Below are positions 37,527-46,468 of a DNA stretch of 64,000 bases, piece after piece; position 1 is the first letter of the stretch, and every line of letters starts with the position of its first letter. Source of the stretch: Bacillota bacterium (GTDB lineage: Bacteria > Patescibacteriota > Minisyncoccia > Phycocordibacterales > Phycocordibacteraceae); the NCBI GenBank assembly GCA_050260455.1, contig JBLNCF010000012.1, positions 58,236-122,235 of the forward strand, read 5' to 3'. The notes under the pieces are model-generated. The model searched no databases. It was not told the origin of the DNA and saw nothing but the letters and a program-made list of their open reading frames with translations. Position numbers and translations under genes: made by a program.

Positions 37527-38045
37527 TTGCATTTCGTACGGCCTGGTACACTTACCGGTATGGACGGATACACCACCTGGAAGTCGACCGTAAGTTGGAC
37601 GCGGGGCATTCCGCACTACTACGGGGATCATGTGCGGTTCCTCTTTATTAGTATGGCCGTGCTCTCGTTCGTCGTTATGCCGCTCTGGGGCGATCTGTTA
37701 CCGTTCGGGATATTCGCGCAAGTAGGAGCATCGCTCCTCCTCGTGCTGCTTGCTGGTCTTACCAATCCACGCAATTTCTACGTGATGCTTACCAATGCGA
37801 CGATTTCCGCCGTATCGGTACTGCTTCTTGAGACGTTCGCCATCGCACTCCGACAGTCTCAGTCGATAGAGCTTTTCATTGCTCGAGAGGCGGGGGTGCT
37901 GCTTATGCTTGCATCACTCTACTTCAGCGTGAAAACCGTGCGATCCATGATGAGTGGCAAGCTGGGTCACGCTGATACACCACTCGAATTTGATGAGATG
38001 GCGGAACCTGTCGTACCGCCGACCTACGATTCAGACGCAAAGTAG
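37527..38045 (+). CDS. hypothetical membrane protein (4 TM)
   Basis: Hydrophobic segments; no motif; true start may be an internal Met. Confidence 0.4.
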   Translation: MHFVRPGTLTGMDGYTTWKSTVSWTRGIPHYYGDHVRFLFISMAVLSFVVMPLWGDLLPFGIFAQVGASLLLVLLAGLTNPRNFYVMLTNATISAVSVLLLETFAIALRQSQSIELFIAREAGVLLMLASLYFSVKTVRSMMSGKLGHADTPLEFDEMAEPVVPPTYDSDAK

Positions 38046-38064
38046 CAGGGTGTAGAATCGAGGC

Positions 38065-39018
38065 ATGTCAGCGCGTACGCTCTCGGTCCCATTCCGGGCC
38101 CTTATGTGGGTGTACGCCATCGTACCCATTCTCTCCTTGGTCGCTGGTGCAGATCTCTTGATTGCACACGGCGCCCTCCGCTCCTTCCTCCCACGCGACC
38201 CCGAACATTTCTTCCTCTATCTACTTCTGTTCAATGTTCCGCATCATGTCGGGAGTCTGTTGTCGTTCGCGGATGCCGAGTACCTGAAGCACTATCGGCG
38301 TAGGTTACTCACCACACTCCCCCTTGTGTGGACGGCGACCGCGCTGTGTTTCTTCTTCGCTCCACTCCTCGCGCTCGTAATATTTATCGTTTACACGGAA
38401 TATCACACGCTTAATCAACAGATAGGCATCGGGGGTGCATTTATACGGACACGTCTTGCATATCTATCACTCTGGCGTTGGTCGACCGTTGCCATCATGG
38501 CACTGTTCTACGCAGCGACCACGTATCCAACACTCATACCAGCAGCGGCAGGACATGCCGCTGCTGTGTTTGGCATTGCGGTCAGTATCATGCAAGCGGG
38601 GGTGACACTCCTCTTGTACCGACAGATAGAGACCTCACACGGGAAGTCGTTTTTCCTTGCAATCAGCATGAGTCTTGCAGGCGCTGCGTGGATTATGGCG
38701 CTCGGCTACCCACTCCTCTCCGCCCTTATGACACGGTTCATACACGATGTGACAGCGTTTATGGTCTATGCGGTGCATGACCGCAACCGTAATCATGAGC
38801 GACGACACAATGTGATTTATCGTGCGCTCTCGTTCCTGCCGATCCCCGTACTTGTCCTGGTACCTCTTGTTGCGGTACTTATCGCAGCGCCTCTTACCTT
38901 CGGTCTCGCTGCTGGGAGTCTTGTGCTCATGCTCTTATTTATGACCCACTACTACGTCGAGGGCATTATTTGGCGGCGCGGCACCATCCATCGCGCCCAC
39001 CTCACATTTGCCCCGTAG
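38065..39018 (+). CDS. hypothetical polytopic membrane protein
   Basis: 317 aa, about 8 TMs; no motif recognised. Confidence 0.45.
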   Translation: MSARTLSVPFRALMWVYAIVPILSLVAGADLLIAHGALRSFLPRDPEHFFLYLLLFNVPHHVGSLLSFADAEYLKHYRRRLLTTLPLVWTATALCFFFAPLLALVIFIVYTEYHTLNQQIGIGGAFIRTRLAYLSLWRWSTVAIMALFYAATTYPTLIPAAAGHAAAVFGIAVSIMQAGVTLLLYRQIETSHGKSFFLAISMSLAGAAWIMALGYPLLSALMTRFIHDVTAFMVYAVHDRNRNHERRHNVIYRALSFLPIPVLVLVPLVAVLIAAPLTFGLAAGSLVLMLLFMTHYYVEGIIWRRGTIHRAHLTFAP

Positions 39019-39030
39019 TACACTGGGAAC

Positions 39031-39447
39031 ATGAACATCGAATGGAATAAGGTGACGCGGTACTCGCAGATCATCGCTATCGTGCTTTTTGTAGGCGTAT
39101 TCGTACTTGGATTCTGTCTGGGTAGGGCGTATGAGTATCATGCCTTCGTAAATGCGTTGCCGGTATTCACTGCAGCTCCTACGTCACTAGGTGAGAAGCC
39201 GATTGCAGACGTTACCTATTCCTGTTCGAAGGAGAAGACCGTCCACGCTATCTATCGCAAGCAAGAAGTTGAACTTCTTTTGTCGGATGGTCGCCACCTT
39301 ACCGTGCCGCAGGCGATATCTGGTTCGGGCGCGCGCTACGCCAATGCCGACGAATCCTTTGTCTTTTGGAATAAGGGGAATACTGCCTTCATCACGGAAG
39401 GCAATGACACTACCTATGCCGACTGCACAGAAATGAACGCGCAGTAG
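39031..39447 (+). CDS. MliC-family protein (membrane-bound lysozyme inhibitor of C-type lysozyme)
   Basis: N-terminal anchor; DVTYSCSKEKTVHAIY...LLLSDGRHLTVPQAISGSGARYANADESFVFWNKGNTAFITEG...YADC matches MliC. Confidence 0.65.
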   Translation: MNIEWNKVTRYSQIIAIVLFVGVFVLGFCLGRAYEYHAFVNALPVFTAAPTSLGEKPIADVTYSCSKEKTVHAIYRKQEVELLLSDGRHLTVPQAISGSGARYANADESFVFWNKGNTAFITEGNDTTYADCTEMNAQ

Positions 39448-39906
39448 CTAGGGAGTGATTTCGAAGAGTACTTCGTCCGTGTGATGACCTTCGGTGAAAT
39501 CACCAAAGCGTACAAAAGAAGGCGTGATACGGAAGAAGCGCACATCGCCTCGATCGAAGCGTGCGAGGGGTGCGTAGTACTTCGCGTTCATCTGCAGATT
39601 ATGAAATAGCGTCTCGATCACCGCATCGTCAGCAGGCATGTTGGTAATGTCTTCTGCAACGCCTTCGATTTGTACGGTACGGGGTTCAGTCTCGTCTGCG
39701 ACCGTGAAGGCCACTTTCTTCGAGTATCGGAGATCATCCGCCTTGCGCGTGTTGCCGAGCGTGAGGAAGTAGATATTGAAGCGATCGTCGTTTGCGTAGT
39801 AAACGAGACGGGCACGCGGTGCGCCATCTGCCGATAGAGTGGCGAGTACACCGGTCTTCTTACTAGCGAGGAAATCAAGCGCGGCTTGCTTGGGGTCGGT
39901 AGTCAT
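39448..39906 (-). CDS. pyridoxamine 5'-phosphate oxidase-like FMN-binding split-barrel protein
   Basis: GVLATLSADGAPRARLVYYANDD...FYFLT; internal start MTTDPKQ preferred over track start 40014. Confidence 0.65.
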   Translation of the reverse strand: MTTDPKQAALDFLASKKTGVLATLSADGAPRARLVYYANDDRFNIYFLTLGNTRKADDLRYSKKVAFTVADETEPRTVQIEGVAEDITNMPADDAVIETLFHNLQMNAKYYAPLARFDRGDVRFFRITPSFVRFGDFTEGHHTDEVLFEITP

Positions 39907-39945
39907 ATCCGCAGTATATCGCAGTGCCGATGCTAGAATGCACCC

Positions 39946-40761
39946 ATGGCTCAAAAACGCCTCCATTACTACACCCATCGTGGCCGACGAGCACATCCCA
40001 CGACCATCGCGCATCGAGTGGGGAACGGACTCATCCTCCCGCTTCTCCTCGTGGTACTTGCTGTCGCTGCAGGAACCGGAGCCTTTTTCCTACCGTCTCC
40101 CTACACCATTCCTGCGGGTATGTTGCTCGGTGCACTCGGGGCTTCTCTCCTCCGACTCTTCGGTGCTTTCTTTCTTGCGCTTCTCATAGGCATCCCCCTT
40201 GGACTTCTTGCTGAATCGAATCGGCGAATTGAATCGGCCCTCTTGCCGATTTTCGATGTACTTGAGTCCATGCCAGTGCTCGCGTTCTTTCCCGTGATCA
40301 TTCTTTTCTTCCTACATTCTGGATGGGTGGAGGGTGCTGCGCTCTTCATTATCTTTTTTTCGATGGTCTGGAATATCGCGTTCAGTACAGTCGGTGGCCT
40401 CAAAGTCGTTCCAGCTGATGTGAATTCAATAGGGAAGGTCTTTGGTCTCTCACCTTTCGCTCGGCTCACAAAGATTACCTTGCCTGCCTTGTTCCCTCCG
40501 TTGGTTACCGGCTCTATCCTTTCCTTAGCAGACGGATGGAACGTACTCATTGTCGCTGAAGCATTACACGCGTATGCGCCTGCTACATCCAGCGCTCCGG
40601 ATCTCTTTGGTATCGGGAGCATATTGGTTGCTGCGTCATCGACCGGCGATACCTCAACCCTGCTTGTGGCTATGGGTATTCTCGTGCTGGTAATCGCACT
40701 CATTAATCTGTTCGTGTGGCAGCCCTTACTCGCTCTATCCGAGCGCTACAAATTCGAATAA
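39946..40761 (+). CDS. ABC transporter permease (NitT/TauT, SsuC-like)
   Basis: BPD_transp_1 EAA-like region SPFARLTKITLPALFPPLVTG; 6 TMs; start uncertain, may be an internal Met. Confidence 0.75.
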   Translation: MAQKRLHYYTHRGRRAHPTTIAHRVGNGLILPLLLVVLAVAAGTGAFFLPSPYTIPAGMLLGALGASLLRLFGAFFLALLIGIPLGLLAESNRRIESALLPIFDVLESMPVLAFFPVIILFFLHSGWVEGAALFIIFFSMVWNIAFSTVGGLKVVPADVNSIGKVFGLSPFARLTKITLPALFPPLVTGSILSLADGWNVLIVAEALHAYAPATSSAPDLFGIGSILVAASSTGDTSTLLVAMGILVLVIALINLFVWQPLLALSERYKFE

Positions 40762-40767
40762 GGATAT

Positions 40768-41487
40768 ATGGAGCACGCCCCCATTGTTTCGTTTAAGAAT
40801 GTACGCTTCGCGTACGATCCTGCACTTCCTGAAGTGGTGCACGACGTTTCATTCGATCTAGGTCGGGGCTCGTTCACAGTGATTGTGGGACCTTCTGGGT
40901 CGGGGAAGTCTACGCTCCTGCGGCTTGCGATCGGTCTTGATCAGCCTACACACGGTACCGTTTCGCGAAATGCCCGCGCGCGCATGATATTTCAGTCTGG
41001 CGCCCTCTTGCCGTGGGCGACGGTACTTGAAAATGTATGTATCGGATTCACCGGGCTTTCCGTTCCCCAGATGGAACAGAAGAAACGCGCTCTGAATGCA
41101 CTCGCAGAACTTGGCATCCATGAGCTAGTGAACGCATATCCTCGTTCTCTTTCCGGTGGACAACGCCAGCGCGTGGGTATTGCTCGCGCGCTTGTATCGG
41201 AACCAGAACTTATGCTGCTCGACGAACCCTTCTCTGCACTCGACATTGAAACTGCCGACAAGCTGGCTTCCGAGCTACTGGCCATTCAAGCCCGCACAGC
41301 TATGACCATGCTCATGGTGTCGCACAGTATCGAAGACGCAGTTGTTCTTGCCGATTCCATTCTTGTATTTAAAGGAGGTGTTATTGCACACACAGTACCG
41401 ATCTCGCTGCCTAAGCCGCGTACTCGTGATGATGTGGAGGTGCTTTCGTTGGTGAAAGAAGTAAAAGGTCTTTTACCCGGTGAATAA
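40768..41487 (+). CDS. ABC transporter ATP-binding protein (SsuB/TauB-like)
   Basis: Walker A GPSGSGKST, signature LSGGQRQR, Walker B LLDEPFSALD. Confidence 0.85.
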   Translation: MEHAPIVSFKNVRFAYDPALPEVVHDVSFDLGRGSFTVIVGPSGSGKSTLLRLAIGLDQPTHGTVSRNARARMIFQSGALLPWATVLENVCIGFTGLSVPQMEQKKRALNALAELGIHELVNAYPRSLSGGQRQRVGIARALVSEPELMLLDEPFSALDIETADKLASELLAIQARTAMTMLMVSHSIEDAVVLADSILVFKGGVIAHTVPISLPKPRTRDDVEVLSLVKEVKGLLPGE

Positions 41488-41489
41488 CT

Positions 41490-41915
41490 ATGGATCCAAA
41501 GCAATTCGAAGAACTCGTAGGAGAAACGTGGGAGGCCATGCCGGAGCGTTTCAAAAAGCGTGTGGAGAATGTTGCACTTCTCATCGAAGAGGAACCGAGT
41601 GAAGAGGTACGAGAACGGGAAGGGTTAGGACCTCACGAGACGTTACTGGGTCTCTATCACGGCATTCCAGCCATCGCGCGCGGCGAGATGTATGGCATCG
41701 GGGGAGTTGTTCCAGATACCATTACGTTGTATCGGTTACCTATTTTGGAGGAGGCGCACCGTCTTTCTCGCGAGCGAAACTATGCTTCGTTTGACGAAGC
41801 GATAGCCGAGGCTGTCCGCGAAACGTTATGGCATGAAGTGGGGCATTATTTCGGTTTATCGGAAGGGGAAATAGACGAACGGGAATCTGACGGAAGCAAC
41901 CAATTTGCTCCTTAA
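41490..41915 (+). CDS. zincin-like metallopeptidase family protein (DUF1025-like)
   Basis: HExxH (WHEVGHYFG) in a 141-aa acidic protein. Confidence 0.55.
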   Translation: MDPKQFEELVGETWEAMPERFKKRVENVALLIEEEPSEEVREREGLGPHETLLGLYHGIPAIARGEMYGIGGVVPDTITLYRLPILEEAHRLSRERNYASFDEAIAEAVRETLWHEVGHYFGLSEGEIDERESDGSNQFAP

Positions 41916-42017
41916 CGGCTATCCACACTCGTGTGAAGCCTGCACGGCACGGCTCTTCAAAGGATTCATACTTATAGACGAGATCCGCTCTGGGTCCCTT
42001 ATCCCTTAATCATTCCT

Positions 42018-42431
42018 ATGGCTAAAACGCTTGCGATAGTCTTCGGCATCGTACTTGTCATTGTTGGCGTGCTTGGATTTGTTCCGAACACGCTCGTCGG
42101 TGCTGGCGACACATTCGCGACCAATCTGGCGCATGATCTGGTGCACCTCGTCACTGGCATCATTCTGCTTGCTGTTGCCTTCATGGCATCTGGTAAGTCC
42201 GGTCTCTGGCTTAAGATTCTGGGCGTGGTGTACCTTGTGCTTGCGGTTGTCGGATTCGTGCTTGCTCCGAATGGCGGCATCCTGTTCGGTCTTAATGTGA
42301 ATCCGGCCGACCACCTTCTCCACATCGTGCTCGGCGTGGTGTTTCTGGTGGCGGGCTTCGTTGGCAAAGGCTCGAAAGCCTCCGTTCCTGCTGCGCCTAT
42401 GTCCACTCCTCCTACTGGAGGAACGATGTAG
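42018..42431 (+). CDS. DUF4383-family membrane protein
   Basis: 4 TMs with conserved N-x2-D-x3-H (NLAHDLVH) and PADHLLH. Confidence 0.6.
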   Translation: MAKTLAIVFGIVLVIVGVLGFVPNTLVGAGDTFATNLAHDLVHLVTGIILLAVAFMASGKSGLWLKILGVVYLVLAVVGFVLAPNGGILFGLNVNPADHLLHIVLGVVFLVAGFVGKGSKASVPAAPMSTPPTGGTM

Positions 42432-42908
42432 TTTCTCCGGGATAGGTGCTTACGAACGCGCGCTTCGGTGCGCGTTCGTCATATACGCAAAAGCCACCAT
42501 CGAGGAAGATGGCGGCGTAAGAAGAAGAATCAGTAGGGACCGACTTGTCGTGCTTGAGGGAGTGGGTAGGGAGGAAGTGCGGGAGTGCCGAGGGCTGCAG
42601 CTTGTGCGGCATATCCTGAAGCAACATTCGCGGAAACCTCTGCTCCTTTCAAGAATGACAGGACGGTAGATTCTCCTTGGGACAGGACAGCGGGTGCGAG
42701 GCATTTAAGGACGAGTATCAGCACCGCTATCCCTATGGCGTTCCATACGGACATAGGCGAGCGATTAAAAGCGGGTAAACCAGTACGATGAAGCACTGGC
42801 GAGACACGGTGCGGTGTCTCCTGATCTGGTCCTCGAAGGTTCCTCGTTCCCTCTGTCCCTTATAACCAGACTGGCCTTTAAAGGGTTGCGGAGGTGTTAG
42901 AGTGAGGC

Positions 42909-43490
42909 ATGCAATTTGAATGGCACACCGTGCTCGGAATGGCGGGAAGCCTCCTGCTTATCCTTTTGGCGTATCCGTATATCCGGAGCATCGTGAAAGA
43001 TACGACCCGGCCGAGTGCTGTTTCTTGGCTCGGCTGGGCCCTCCTCTTCGGTATCACTTCGGCTGCGCAGTTCTCGAAAGGTGTGGACTGGTCGCTTGCC
43101 GTGCCGGTCATTTCCACCTTGAGCACCTCGATTATATTTGTTTTCGCGCTCTTCATCGGTCGGATCGTATGGACTCGTTTTGATGCTCTATGTCTTTTCC
43201 TTGCCGTACTTGCAGTAGTGCTGTGGCTTATCACTAAAGAGCCACTTACGGCGATCGTACTTAGCATGGCTGCTGATTTCTTCGTCACCATCCCCACACT
43301 CATCAAAACGTATCAGGATCCGACGTCCGAACCGCGCATCCTCTGGACGCTATATACCCTAGGTGCACTCCTTGAAGTTCTTGCGACTCAGGAATTAACC
43401 ATCTACAACCTGTTGTTCCCGATATATACCGTGCTTGGTTCAGGAAGCATCGCACTTCTTTCCTGGCGGGCCGTGGGACAGCGAACCTAA
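42909..43490 (+). CDS. polytopic membrane protein, paralog of 48779..49381 (possibly PQ-loop-like)
   Basis: About 35% identity to the 48779 protein across six TMs; shared YPYI/IPYI and IPTLIKT/IPTIVKT motifs. Confidence 0.5.
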   Translation: MQFEWHTVLGMAGSLLLILLAYPYIRSIVKDTTRPSAVSWLGWALLFGITSAAQFSKGVDWSLAVPVISTLSTSIIFVFALFIGRIVWTRFDALCLFLAVLAVVLWLITKEPLTAIVLSMAADFFVTIPTLIKTYQDPTSEPRILWTLYTLGALLEVLATQELTIYNLLFPIYTVLGSGSIALLSWRAVGQRT

Positions 43491-43491
43491 T

Positions 43492-44037
43492 TCAGACACC
43501 CGAGCGGTTTGCGAGCAGTTCAGCAAATTCCTTCTGCACCTTCTGTAGTTTGGGAGCGATGATGACCTGGCAATAGCCCTGCTGCGAGTTTCGTGCGTAA
43601 TAGTCCTTGTGGTACTCCTCGGCAGGATAGAAGGTCGCATGCTCCTCCACGGTCGTTACGATAGGATCGCCTTCGCTCGAAGATCCCTGCAATTCCTGGA
43701 TGAAAGCCTGTGCCTCTTTCGTTTGTTCTGCTGTAGTAGGGAAGACGGCGGAGCGGTATTGCGTGCCAATATCGTTCCCTTGCCGGTTTAACTGTGTTGC
43801 ATCATGGCTACCGAAGAAAACGGTCATGAGCTCTCGGTAGGAGATCTGTGATGGATCGAATTCGATACGGATGACTTCTGCGTGTCCCGTTGTCCCCGTG
43901 CACACCTGCTCGTAGGTGGGATTGCTGGTATGTCCGCCTGCATAGCCAGGTTCTACCTTGGTCACACCTTTCAGCATCTTAAATACCGCTTCGGTGCACC
44001 AGAAGCATCCGCCTCCGAATATCGCTGTTTCGGTCAT
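43492..44037 (-). CDS. msrA: peptide methionine sulfoxide reductase MsrA
   Basis: GGGCFWC active site. Confidence 0.9.
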   Translation of the reverse strand: MTETAIFGGGCFWCTEAVFKMLKGVTKVEPGYAGGHTSNPTYEQVCTGTTGHAEVIRIEFDPSQISYRELMTVFFGSHDATQLNRQGNDIGTQYRSAVFPTTAEQTKEAQAFIQELQGSSSEGDPIVTTVEEHATFYPAEEYHKDYYARNSQQGYCQVIIAPKLQKVQKEFAELLANRSGV

Positions 44038-44053
44038 GGATTCATCGTAGCAC

Positions 44054-44085
44054 TAGAAAGAAAGAGCGCGCCTGTCCCGGCGCGC
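44054..44085 (-). terminator. hairpin GCGCGCC-gggaca-GGCGCGC plus UCUUUCUUUCU on the minus strand, 12 nt upstream of the msrA ATG
   Basis: Terminates the upstream acidic micro-ORF or acts as a leader structure. Confidence 0.45.
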
Positions 44086-44124
44086 AAAAGTTCAACTGCC
44101 CACATACTCCTCTCTTCTTGTTAT

Positions 44125-44271
44125 TCAGTCTTCCTCTTCTTCTAGCGCCGCGTCGGCTTCTTCGTCGGCTTGACGTTGGGTGTCAGCGGCATCGCGCAGC
44201 GCCTCCGCTTTCTCGGAGCCGCGTTCTTCAGCGGCGTCAGCTTGTTCTTCGAGTTCTCGTGGTGTAGGCAT
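44125..44271 (-). CDS. candidate 48-aa highly acidic micro-protein
   Basis: MPTPRELEEQADAAEERGSEKAEALRDAADTQRQADEEADAALEEEED; GGGAGA RBS 6 nt upstream; followed by a terminator; low complexity. Confidence 0.3.
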   Translation of the reverse strand: MPTPRELEEQADAAEERGSEKAEALRDAADTQRQADEEADAALEEEED

Positions 44272-44408
44272 CGTGGTCTCCCGTGGTTCTCGTGCCTGGC
44301 GTAGTTAATACAAAAGGTAGTGAAGGACGAGTGAGTCGCCGCTGCTTCACCGCTCCATCATCGATAAGCTCGTATACAAGAGCGACTCTAATTACATTGC
44401 TCATTCTT

Positions 44409-44897
44409 ATGGACCCCATCGAACTCATCACCGAAGACCACCGCCGCATTCAAGCACTCCTCGACGAGTACGAAGCGTACGGCGAGGACGCATACATTCA
44501 GAAACAGGAACTTGTCGATTCCATTATCGATGAGCTTGAAGCACATACGGAGATGGAAGAGACCATTGCGTATCCCGCGTTCCGCGAAGCGTTCGATACC
44601 GAGGGAGATAAGAAGATAGAAGAGGCGTATGCAGAGCATGACGTTGCCAAGAATCTCATAGAAGAATTACGTGGCCTGGATCCCCAGGATCCGCAATTTG
44701 ATGCGAAGCTGGTGGTGCTTCGGGAAAGTGTCATGCACCACATGGAGGAAGAGGAAAGCAGCCTCCTCCCTTCAGCAGAGACATCGATGAGTGGGGAAGA
44801 TATGGCGCGAATCGGAGAGGAAATGAAGGCATTCAAGGATGCGCGCGATGATGCGGCGCTCGATGCTTTGAGCGACCTTGACGACGACGCGTTATAG
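44409..44897 (+). CDS. hemerythrin HHE cation-binding domain protein
   Basis: H/E-rich four-helix pattern (DHRRI...H..EE...YP...EH...HH.EEE); start MDPIEL preferred over track start 44283. Confidence 0.7.
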   Translation: MDPIELITEDHRRIQALLDEYEAYGEDAYIQKQELVDSIIDELEAHTEMEETIAYPAFREAFDTEGDKKIEEAYAEHDVAKNLIEELRGLDPQDPQFDAKLVVLRESVMHHMEEEESSLLPSAETSMSGEDMARIGEEMKAFKDARDDAALDALSDLDDDAL

Positions 44898-44996
44898 ACG
44901 CTATCCACCGCACGTGCTCGACGGGGCACTGGGGCACGTGCCTATACTCGAAATAGAGGTGCGCTCCTGCACACTCGGTAGCAAAGGGGTTTTGAC

Positions 44997-45503
44997 ATGG
45001 GCTGGACAGAAGAACGGATAGCCTTGCTCAAGAAGATGTGGCTTGAAGGACTCTCGGCGAGCCAGATCGCGAAGCAGTTGGGTGGGGTGACCAGGAACGC
45101 GGTGATCGGGAAGGTGCATCGGCTGGGCCTTTCTGGACGCGCTACACCGTCGCAGCCACGAGCAGCTGCATACAAGGTCAAGGTGCCCCGCGCGCCACGA
45201 CCGGTTACGACGAAGCCTGCGCGTCGGGAACCGGCTGAAGCGGTGCATCGGCCGGCGGCACGGGTACAGATATACCGCGAAGAATCTCCTGGCTCGGCGA
45301 CGATACTCACGCTCGGGGCACATATGTGCAAATGGCCGATCGGGGATCCCGTCTCCGACAGCTTCACCTTCTGCGGCAAGCGGGTGGGGGATGGCAACCC
45401 GTACTGTGTGGATCACGGACGGATCGCCTACCAACCCATGCAGGCAGGCCAGAAGAAATCATCCGGGGATGATCTCGTCCGTTCTCTGCGCCGGTACGCG
45501 TAA
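44997..45503 (+). CDS. gcrA: GcrA cell-cycle regulator homolog
   Basis: N-terminal MGWTEERIALLKKMWLEGLSASQIAKQLGGVTRNAVIGKVHRLGLSGR and C-terminal CKWPIGDP...FTFCG...PYCVDH...AYQP correspond closely to alphaproteobacterial GcrA as I recall it. Confidence 0.8.
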   Translation: MGWTEERIALLKKMWLEGLSASQIAKQLGGVTRNAVIGKVHRLGLSGRATPSQPRAAAYKVKVPRAPRPVTTKPARREPAEAVHRPAARVQIYREESPGSATILTLGAHMCKWPIGDPVSDSFTFCGKRVGDGNPYCVDHGRIAYQPMQAGQKKSSGDDLVRSLRRYA

Positions 45504-45521
45504 AACTCGGCTGGTAAGTCA

Positions 45522-45555
45522 GGGCGCCTTCGGCACATATGTGCTCGAGGCGCCC
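45522..45555. terminator. bidirectional terminator between gcrA and msrB (GGGCGCC...GGCGCCC enclosing palindrome GCACATATGTGC)
   Basis: Convergent gene ends 57 nt apart; compound hairpin. Confidence 0.5.
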
Positions 45556-45559
45556 GCAC

Positions 45560-45958
45560 TTATTCCTTATCGAAAGCAAGACAGACGGAATTAATACAGT
45601 ATCGTTTGCCGCCTGCATCCTTGGGTCCATCATCAAATACATGACCCAGATGACTGCCGCAGTGCTTGCAGAATACTTCCGTGCGTTGCATGCCGTGGCT
45701 GTCGTCCACTCTCGTACCTACATTCTCTGCGACCGCGGGATCAGTGAAGGATGGCCAGCCGGTCCCTGAATCAAATTTTTGTGCGCTGGTGAAGAGGACA
45801 TTTCCACATACTTTGCAGCGGTACACACCCTCCTCATGATTATCGACATATTCGCCGGTGAAGGGTGCTTCGGTGGCCCCTTCGCGAAGCACCGCATATT
45901 CTTCAGTTGTGAGCCGCTCGCGTAATTCTTCTTCGGTTGGCATCGGTTTTTCATTCAT
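45560..45958 (-). CDS. msrB: peptide methionine sulfoxide reductase MsrB
   Basis: Two CxxC pairs (CKVCGNV, CKHCGSH) and GTGWPSF...HLGHVF. Confidence 0.9.
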   Translation of the reverse strand: MNEKPMPTEEELRERLTTEEYAVLREGATEAPFTGEYVDNHEEGVYRCKVCGNVLFTSAQKFDSGTGWPSFTDPAVAENVGTRVDDSHGMQRTEVFCKHCGSHLGHVFDDGPKDAGGKRYCINSVCLAFDKE

Positions 45959-46009
45959 GCGGAAAGTATATACCCAGGCTCGGTGAAGGCTCCGTGTTAG
46001 AATCGGGCC

Positions 46010-46462
46010 ATGAAGCGCTCGACGCTCATTTCTCTTATCATTGCGCTCTCATTCCTCGGCGTGGCAGATGCCTGGTATCTCGCGGAGACCGCGCTTACCC
46101 ATACGGCTCTGACCTGCAGTATAGCAGGGCTCGATGGCTGCAATGTCGTTGCGCAAAGCCCCTATTCGCACGTTTTCGGCATTCCGCTTGGGGTATACGG
46201 TGTCGTCTTCTACGCCCTCACTATCATTATCGCAGCCCTCTCGGCGCGGCTGGTTCGTACCTGGCTCGATCGCATTCTGGCGCTGATTGTTTTTGTCGGA
46301 GCGCTCGCCTCCCTCTATTTCTTGTACGTCCAGTTCGTACTTATTCAGGCGCTGTGCGTGTACTGCCTTGCGTCTGCAGTCATCTCGCTTGCGCTCACGG
46401 TCGTAGTTATTCGTCTGGTACGAGGGCAGAAAACGAGCGACCCTGCGGCTACTGTCTCTTAA
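46010..46462 (+). CDS. vitamin K epoxide reductase (VKOR) family protein
   Basis: TM-embedded CxxC (CVYC), loop Cys pair (TCSIAGLDGC), 4-5 TMs. Confidence 0.7.
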   Translation: MKRSTLISLIIALSFLGVADAWYLAETALTHTALTCSIAGLDGCNVVAQSPYSHVFGIPLGVYGVVFYALTIIIAALSARLVRTWLDRILALIVFVGALASLYFLYVQFVLIQALCVYCLASAVISLALTVVVIRLVRGQKTSDPAATVS

Positions 46463-46468
46463 ACTCTC

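Noticed and set aside
45316-45552. 12-mer palindrome GCACATATGTGC occurring both inside gcrA and in the gcrA-msrB terminator
   Set aside because: In 64 kb, more than one hundred exact 12-mer repeats are expected by chance (birthday effect); treated as coincidence.
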